Assembly: GCA_965216755.1 (NCBI GenBank)
Contig: CBDCGL010000011.1
Location: forward strand, 4,736,001-4,800,000
Length of the DNA: 64,000 nucleotides
Direction: 5' to 3'
From: Alphaproteobacteria bacterium
GTDB taxonomy: Bacteria; Pseudomonadota; Alphaproteobacteria; UBA7887
Part shown: piece after piece, positions 57,820 through 64,000 of the stretch
How positions within the stretch are numbered: the stretch's first letter is position 1
Layout of the letters: each line of letters begins with the position of its first letter
Program-made: the position numbers and the translations under genes
Notes under the pieces: model-generated
Databases searched by the model: none
Seen by the model: only the letters and a program-made list of their open reading frames with translations
What the model was told of the DNA's origin: nothing

Positions 57820-58977
57820 TCACTTCAGCGATTTTGGCCGTGCGATGCTTGGACTTTGGTCTTGGGCCCAATCGAGAATGAGGCGTTTGTAGATCTCCAC
57901 TGCTTTTGGGATACGATCGGCCAAGCAAAATTCGTCGGTTTGGTGTGCCATATGCGTATCACCGGGCCCGAGGATTACGGTTGGCACGTTGTCGAATGCG
58001 GGTTTTAGCACCGCCGCATCAGTAAAGGCCGGAAGCGCTTCAACCTCAGGCGGCCTATCGAGAAACGGCGCGGCGATGCTGAACACACGCTGTATCCATG
58101 GATGTTCCGGGTCGGTCCAAACACTGTTCAAATCGACGTAGGGTTCAATACGGGCAATATCTTCACCCAGATATTGCACGAAGTCGTCTCGGACCGCCTC
58201 ATGATCAACGCCGGGTATTGTGCGAACGTCGACTTCGATCACGGCCCGGTCTGGCACCGAATTGACATTCTGGCCAGCGTGCAAGGTTCCCACGCTGACA
58301 GAATTTGAGCCGAGGTGAGGGTGGCTCGCGATATTGAAATCGAAATCTTCAAGCTTACTGACTGCGCGGGCCGCCTTATTGAGTGCGTTGATGCCCAGCT
58401 CAGGCATCGAGCCGTGTGCAGTTTTGCCGAGCGCCGCCATGCGCAACCAAAGCGCGCCACGGTGTCCCACCATGGGCCGATTGTAGGTCGGCTCCGCAAC
58501 GACCATTGCACCAACGTTGACTTCTTTTGCGAGCTGGGATCCCAGGGGACGTGAGCCCTCGCATCCCGTTTCTTCGCCCGCCGCCATAATGAGGAGCAGT
58601 CCGGGGCCTTCGTCTAACGTTGCGGCTAGCTCCACCGCCGCGGTTACAAAGCTCGCGATACCGGATTTCATATCGGTTACACCGCGTCCGTAGAGTTTGC
58701 CGTCGATGAGTTCGCCGCCAAACGGATCCACCGACCAGGGCGCGCCGCCCAGCGGTACCGTGTCAATGTGACCCGCAAAGCAGAGGTGCGTTTCTTCCCC
58801 CGTCCCGCCGCGCCGCGCAACAACGCTGGTGCGCGCGGGCGCAAAGGCATGATAGCTCACCGCGAAGCCGGCATTTGCGAGCAGCTCGCCGAGGAACAAT
58901 GCGCAGTCGTGTTCGTCCCCACCTGGATTTATACTTCTTATCGCAACCAGCCGTCTGGTGAGCTCAATGGCATCCAT
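57820..58977 (-). CDS. M20 metallopeptidase (DapE/ArgE-like)
   Basis: GHIDTVP, YGRG.TDMKSG, GEE.G, EP, AHQ.DE. Confidence 0.9.
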   Translation of the reverse strand: MDAIELTRRLVAIRSINPGGDEHDCALFLGELLANAGFAVSYHAFAPARTSVVARRGGTGEETHLCFAGHIDTVPLGGAPWSVDPFGGELIDGKLYGRGVTDMKSGIASFVTAAVELAATLDEGPGLLLIMAAGEETGCEGSRPLGSQLAKEVNVGAMVVAEPTYNRPMVGHRGALWLRMAALGKTAHGSMPELGINALNKAARAVSKLEDFDFNIASHPHLGSNSVSVGTLHAGQNVNSVPDRAVIEVDVRTIPGVDHEAVRDDFVQYLGEDIARIEPYVDLNSVWTDPEHPWIQRVFSIAAPFLDRPPEVEALPAFTDAAVLKPAFDNVPTVILGPGDTHMAHQTDEFCLADRIPKAVEIYKRLILDWAQDQSPSIARPKSLK

Positions 58978-59093
58978 CGTGACAAGACCCTTGCACAAGA
59001 GAACACGCCCCAAGACGAGCTCCCGCGAGAACTCGATGATGCAGAAGAGCGCGCCTGAAGATAGTAGCGAATTCGCAAACTGGGAGGAGATAA

Positions 59094-60400
59094 ATGTCAC
59101 AGACTATATCGGCCGGCCCCAATACATCACCGAGGGCAGATCACCGGTAACTTCCGCCGCTCATATCATTCCTTGCGATGGTCGCAGTTCTATTGACATT
59201 TGCAGCTGGGCGACCATCCTCAGCGGTTGCAGTTGATTGGATTTCGGCTTGGTCGGCGAACCCGCATCCGCGTTTCGATTCGGATTTCCTCATTCCGAAT
59301 CCTCCTGAATCGCTTGCCAACCGAACCATACGTCAGGTTATTCGCATCAATCTGGATGGCGCGCAGGTTCGAATCGTGATTTCGAATGAATACAACAGCC
59401 TGCCGCTCGATATTGGCGCGGCGACGATTGCGACTGCGGCGGATGAAGGCGATATCGTGCCCGGATCAAGTCAAGCATTATCTTTTTCTGGTGTGCCGGA
59501 GGTTCGTATTCCGCCAGGTTCGCGGATCATCAGCGATCCAGTCGCACGCAACGTTGCGGCTTTCGACATGCTCTCCATAAGCTTTTTCTGCCGAATGAGT
59601 CGCGCCTAGAAACCTATCACTGGGATGGCGTTCAAACCGCCTACATATCAGGGCCGGGTAACTTCACCGCTGAAACAACGTTTAACGCCGAGCTTACAAT
59701 TACGACTCGGATGCTGATGTCCGGCGTCATGGTTGACGCGCCGACCGACGCCCGAGTGGTGGTGTTATTCGGAGATTCGATTACCGATGGCAATTGTTCA
59801 ACGGTTGACGCGAACCATCGTTATCCTGACTTCCTAGCAGAACGAATCCCCAGCGAAGGCTTCGAGAATGTAGCGGTTGTAAATGCCGGTATCTCTAGGG
59901 CGCGTCTATTCAAGGACAGTGTGGGGGAAAGCGCCCTTGCGCGGCTTGACCGGGAAGTGTTTACGGAACCGGCCGTCACCACGATGGTCATCATGTTGGG
60001 TATTAACGATATTGGTTGGTCGGCTATGGGACTAGACCCTTGGAATCCGGTTCCGACAAGCGACGAGATCACGCGGATGTACGAGATGATCATCGACCGG
60101 GCGCATGTGCAAGGTATTCGGATATTGGGGGCAACTCTGATGCCGTTTGCGGACTTCTTCGAGGGCACGGTCCCCGTCCTGGTTGGGTACTACAGCGAAG
60201 AAAAAAGCCAGATCCGCAAACAGGTCAATGAATGGATCCGTACCAGCGGCGCCTTCGACGGTGTGATCGATTTCGACGCTGCGGTGCGCGACCCGAACAA
60301 GCCAGACCACATTCGCGCGGACTATGATTGTGGCGATCATTTGCATCCTAGCGATGCTGGCTATCAGGCAATGGCGGAGGCGGCAAATTTGACTTTTTGA
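59094..60400 (+). pseudogene. Disrupted SGNH/GDSL hydrolase
   Basis: GDSITDG, NAGIS, GIND, DHLHP; in-frame TAA at 59148-59150 and frameshift at T5 run 59583-59587. Confidence 0.75.
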
Positions 60401-60626
60401 TCGGCAACTGACTTTCGACGCCGGCGGGCGGGCGGCAATGCCGATCGTCCACTGTTGCGGTCTTAACGCAGCCGGGAGTGCACGGTTCTAGCCCGACGAT
60501 GGGCGACCCTGTTCCGTTACTTCTGGGAGTGTTTGTGGTCTGGGACTCGGCAGCGATCTGAATGCGCCGTCACGCCTGCGACGGGCAAGGCCACGTTCTG
60601 CCCGTGTTCTTCTAGGATCTAGCCGC

Positions 60627-62054
60627 CTACGCGGCTTTGCCGCTGGTGGAGGCGTCTTTCGCGGCGATGACCCGTTCCGCCGGAAATCGAACGGTTACGG
60701 TCGTTCCGGCGCCAACCTCGCTTTGTAGCGCCATGGTGCCGCCATGCAGCTCCACCAGCGCTTTTGTCAATGGCAGTCCCAAGCCGGTTCCCTCATATTT
60801 CTTCGCGCGGCTGCTCTCAAGCTGCTGAAAGGGTTCTAGCGCCTTCTGGATATCGTCGGGTGAAATCCCGATTCCGGTATCCGTGACCGTGAGCACGCAG
60901 TCTTGACCCAAGTGACTGAACATTTTGATGGTGACTTTTCCGCCAGGCTCTGTGAACTTGACCGCGTTTGACACGAGATTCAAAAGAATCTGCTTCAGCC
61001 TGCGGCCGTCGGCGTGTAGTGGGGCAAGGGTGTCACTCAACTCCAGTTTTGTATCGACCTGGCCATTTTCGGCGCGATGCGCAATAAGCGAAAGTGCGAA
61101 TTCGGCGATTTCGAGCAGATCAACCTGTTCTTCATTCATTTCTGTTGCGCCGGCCTCAATCTTCGAGAGATCTAGAATGTCATTGACGAGTTCGAGCAGG
61201 TGGCTTCCGGCCGCGTGAATATGTTTAGCCGCATCGGCGTAGTTCGTGTTTCCGACGGCACCAAACGATTCCGACCTAATCAACCCAGAGAAACCAATTA
61301 TTGCATTGAGAGGCGTGCGCAACTCGTGGCCCATATTGGCAAGGAATCGCGACTTGGTGCGGCTTGTTGCGTCAGCTGCGTCGCGCGCGGCCGCCAACTG
61401 GCTTTCTCTCTCAGAATCAACGGCAAGCATTTCGTTGAATGCGCGTACAACCTCGCCAAGCTCATCATTGCCAGGGTCTTTGACTTGACGGTGCGCACCG
61501 GTCTTGGAATTCTCCCGAATTGCAGTTAGCAACTTGCGGAGCGGGCGAGATATGATGAACTGAAATCCGATCGATGCTGTAAGGACAGCAATGCCAAATG
61601 CGCTCATCATGCCCAACAGCAGAAGATACCCTCTCTGCATCGCGCGTTCGGCGATTTCCAGATCGCTGAACCAAACGTCCAAGTTGGCTTCGCCGTTGCC
61701 GACAACCAGTGCGAGATGATGTGCCGCGGATTGATTAAGGCATCCAAGTGCCGGCGGGAGTTGACCGATGGTCTGTCCGGTCTCTGTAGATCTTAGTTGA
61801 GCGCATACGATTGCGCGTTCAGCCGCGAGTGGTGCGAGAAGATCTTGGGCCAACGAGTGGCCCCGAACGGCTTTGTGCTTGGCGAGAGCAATCGCTGTCC
61901 TCGCGGCCAGGTTGCCGACGCGGGCGGCGAGTGCATCGGTCTCCGCCTGCACGTCTTGTGTCATGACCAGCCACGCTCCCGCGCTTGTTACTCCTAAGAA
62001 TATCGGTAGGAGAACGCAAAGGAACTTGGCGAATAGTCGACGGTGGAAATTCAC
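60627..62054 (-). CDS. Sensor histidine kinase (2 TM, HAMP, HisKA, HATPase)
   Basis: HELRTPLNAIIGFS, NL.SNA.KFT, D.G.GI, GTGLGL. Confidence 0.93.
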   Translation of the reverse strand: MNFHRRLFAKFLCVLLPIFLGVTSAGAWLVMTQDVQAETDALAARVGNLAARTAIALAKHKAVRGHSLAQDLLAPLAAERAIVCAQLRSTETGQTIGQLPPALGCLNQSAAHHLALVVGNGEANLDVWFSDLEIAERAMQRGYLLLLGMMSAFGIAVLTASIGFQFIISRPLRKLLTAIRENSKTGAHRQVKDPGNDELGEVVRAFNEMLAVDSERESQLAAARDAADATSRTKSRFLANMGHELRTPLNAIIGFSGLIRSESFGAVGNTNYADAAKHIHAAGSHLLELVNDILDLSKIEAGATEMNEEQVDLLEIAEFALSLIAHRAENGQVDTKLELSDTLAPLHADGRRLKQILLNLVSNAVKFTEPGGKVTIKMFSHLGQDCVLTVTDTGIGISPDDIQKALEPFQQLESSRAKKYEGTGLGLPLTKALVELHGGTMALQSEVGAGTTVTVRFPAERVIAAKDASTSGKAA

Positions 62055-62087
62055 GAGCGGCGAGCCACGATAACAATTGGGTTACAA

Positions 62088-62504
62088 CTAGTTGGTGGGC
62101 ACAACCTTTCCGAGCCGCATCAGTCGTTTTAGCTGCTCGCGATCGTCGACGACCGACTGGAAAACGACGTAAGAACTTGCGCGTGGTGCGACATAAAAAT
62201 CCACGTTTACGATGCTACCGTCGTTGTCTTGGAAGTCCGAGCAAAGTACGAAATTATTATCAAAACGTAGAATGGTGGGATGTGCTGCCAATGGATGAAG
62301 TTCACGAACTTCGCCGGTTTGCCAGTCCATCTGTAGATAGACGCCATCGATCAAAAGTCGCTCGATATGCTGTTGCATGACTGCCTGCAATGTCGCTTTC
62401 TCACTTATCGTGAGACGTTCATTGGCCCATGCATCATGTGCGGGCACGAGCCCATGCGCGGCAACAAATATGACAGACCACAAAAAGACCCAATGGCGTT
62501 TCAT
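62088..62504 (-). CDS. Secreted hypothetical protein upstream of the kinase
   Basis: RBS GAGGAGG, signal peptide, co-oriented with kinase. Confidence 0.7.
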   Translation of the reverse strand: MKRHWVFLWSVIFVAAHGLVPAHDAWANERLTISEKATLQAVMQQHIERLLIDGVYLQMDWQTGEVRELHPLAAHPTILRFDNNFVLCSDFQDNDGSIVNVDFYVAPRASSYVVFQSVVDDREQLKRLMRLGKVVPTN

Positions 62505-63212
62505 CAATTCCTCCTCTGGTGACACGACAAAGTTTTCCCTAAATGCCATTAAGATATTCTTAGCAAACAGCTAATTGAGATTGCGTCTTATTGTGCCGAC
62601 GCAGAAGAGGGCTTGCTCATAACCGCTTGTACTAAGTCGTTTAGGATTAATTAATTAGTGTGGTGCGCCCTGCGGGGCGCGGGCGCACGGCTGGCGGCAC
62701 ATGTGACACGGTGGCTGGCGATTCTGGGCTCTCGTGCTTCAAAGATAGCAGTTGGTCGACCGGTCGCGTTTTCGCGATTCAACCTACCAAGACGGCACAT
62801 CAGTGGCGTGGAGCGGGTGTTTATCAATCTATGCGCGAAGGGGAAGGACCAACGGTGGGGCGCTGAGAACGAACCCGCTCGCGCAAAAAACGTTTGTGGA
62901 TCTTGGGCGCGCTTGCGTTTTCATGGGAACTAAAAGCGGTGGGCGTGGATTTGACGCCAAAGGTAGATGTATAAGAACTAAATAGTGGGGCATAATAAAC
63001 GCTGGCTTGGTATTTTAGTTGACGAGTAGGAGGCAACAGGCACCGAACAGATAACATCACCCCTTTGGCGTTGGGCGCCCGTGTCTATTTAGGATCTGCT
63101 CTTTGTGTGGTGGAGTTCGGCGCCGCGGTGAGGTTCCGAACCGTGGCATGAGCATGTGTGAACCGCGCGCGAACCGGGTCGGGAACCTGGTTGTGCCAAC
63201 GGGAGTAAGCTC

Positions 63213-63599
63213 ATGAGAAAATTGTCAAAACTGCTGTTCTGTGCCGTGGCTCTAGCCTTGACGGTCCCGGCTGTCGTCGTTGGGGGTAGGGATGCAGCGG
63301 CTTCCATTGAGATTTGTCGCTCCGAAGCGGATGTAACGCATCTGCTCACGTCCAATGACAGCGGCACAGTTTTGCAACATTACGATCGGACGCAGGCGTT
63401 GGCGCTATCTCGGCATGTCGCATTGCGATCGCTCGAAATCTCGAAGGCCATCGCATATCTTGCGCCGACCGGACGCGCGATCGCACTGGTTTTTTTCGAC
63501 GTTGATGGCTGCATGACGTATAACTCTCACATCGAACTCGATCAGTGGCGCGAAATCGCGGAGAGTCTGGATGTCAACCGCCCTGGTAAGTCTGCGTAG
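63213..63599 (+). CDS. Secreted hypothetical protein
   Basis: RBS GGGAG, signal peptide, two mature Cys. Confidence 0.6.
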   Translation: MRKLSKLLFCAVALALTVPAVVVGGRDAAASIEICRSEADVTHLLTSNDSGTVLQHYDRTQALALSRHVALRSLEISKAIAYLAPTGRAIALVFFDVDGCMTYNSHIELDQWREIAESLDVNRPGKSA

Positions 63600-63641
63600 A
63601 ATTTCGGGCCGAACCTGTTTGAGCACATTTCTATTGCCTTC

Positions 63642-63947
63642 CTACTCGTCTGGTTCAGTTGCGAACAAGAGCGGGTATCCCGCGTTGCGGCCGGCTTGCG
63701 TGCCGTTATCGGCTTTCGTTTCTGCTACATCTCTGGTGTAGACGGCGACCACACACGAGCCGCGTTGATGCGCCGTGCTCATCACGTTGAGGGCCTGGTC
63801 GTCGGTCATGCGGAAGATTGCCTTCAAAACGGTGACGACAAATTCGCGCGGCGTGTAATCGTCGTTCAAAAGGATCACCTTGTGCAGGCGCGGCCGCTCT
63901 GTTTTCGGACGCACCTTGGTGCGTGGATTCGCATCTGTACTTGTCAT
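63642..63947 (-). CDS. clpS: ATP-dependent Clp protease adaptor ClpS
   Basis: KVILLNDDYTP.EFV..VL, AH..G, AETK, YPL. Confidence 0.93.
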   Translation of the reverse strand: MTSTDANPRTKVRPKTERPRLHKVILLNDDYTPREFVVTVLKAIFRMTDDQALNVMSTAHQRGSCVVAVYTRDVAETKADNGTQAGRNAGYPLLFATEPDE

Positions 63948-64000
63948 GTGACGGCGCCTGTGTCGGGTTGATCGGTACGAAAGAAATGCTACGACAACCG

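Overview
GC-rich alphaproteobacterial (Rhodospirillales-like) chromosomal window. About 3.2-30 kb holds a compact podovirus-type element. It has a CI-like repressor between two mirror-image operator/promoters, a DUF6362-like late regulator, terminase, portal, scaffold, capsid, adaptor, nozzle, acetyltransferase, an ejection protein, a tail fibre and a holin-lysin-spanin cassette. I see no integrase, recombination or replication gene. The element carries two polymorphic-toxin-like proteins with Pro-rich N-termini, a shared pre-toxin hinge and different tips (HNH DNase; PBECR-like RNase). They share an RxAMxEALL motif with the ejection protein. The RNase-tipped gene sits in the ejection-protein slot and is followed by a ~100-nt four-way-junction RNA candidate. 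Four families of small immunity/exclusion-like genes are duplicated or triplicated, and a decayed second copy of the ejection-toxin-fibre module keeps only those small genes intact. Best hypothesis (inference): a domesticated, replication-less podophage particle (GTA-like and/or toxin-delivering) with a poly-immunity array. The rest is host DNA: hmfABCDE-like 2-furoate pathway, a heavy-metal-type RND pump, an NPC-repeat peptide, tRNA-Arg with an IS481 and an att-like scar, acyl-CoA enzymes, two pseudogenes, a histidine kinase and clpS. All family calls are from motif recognition, not database searches.
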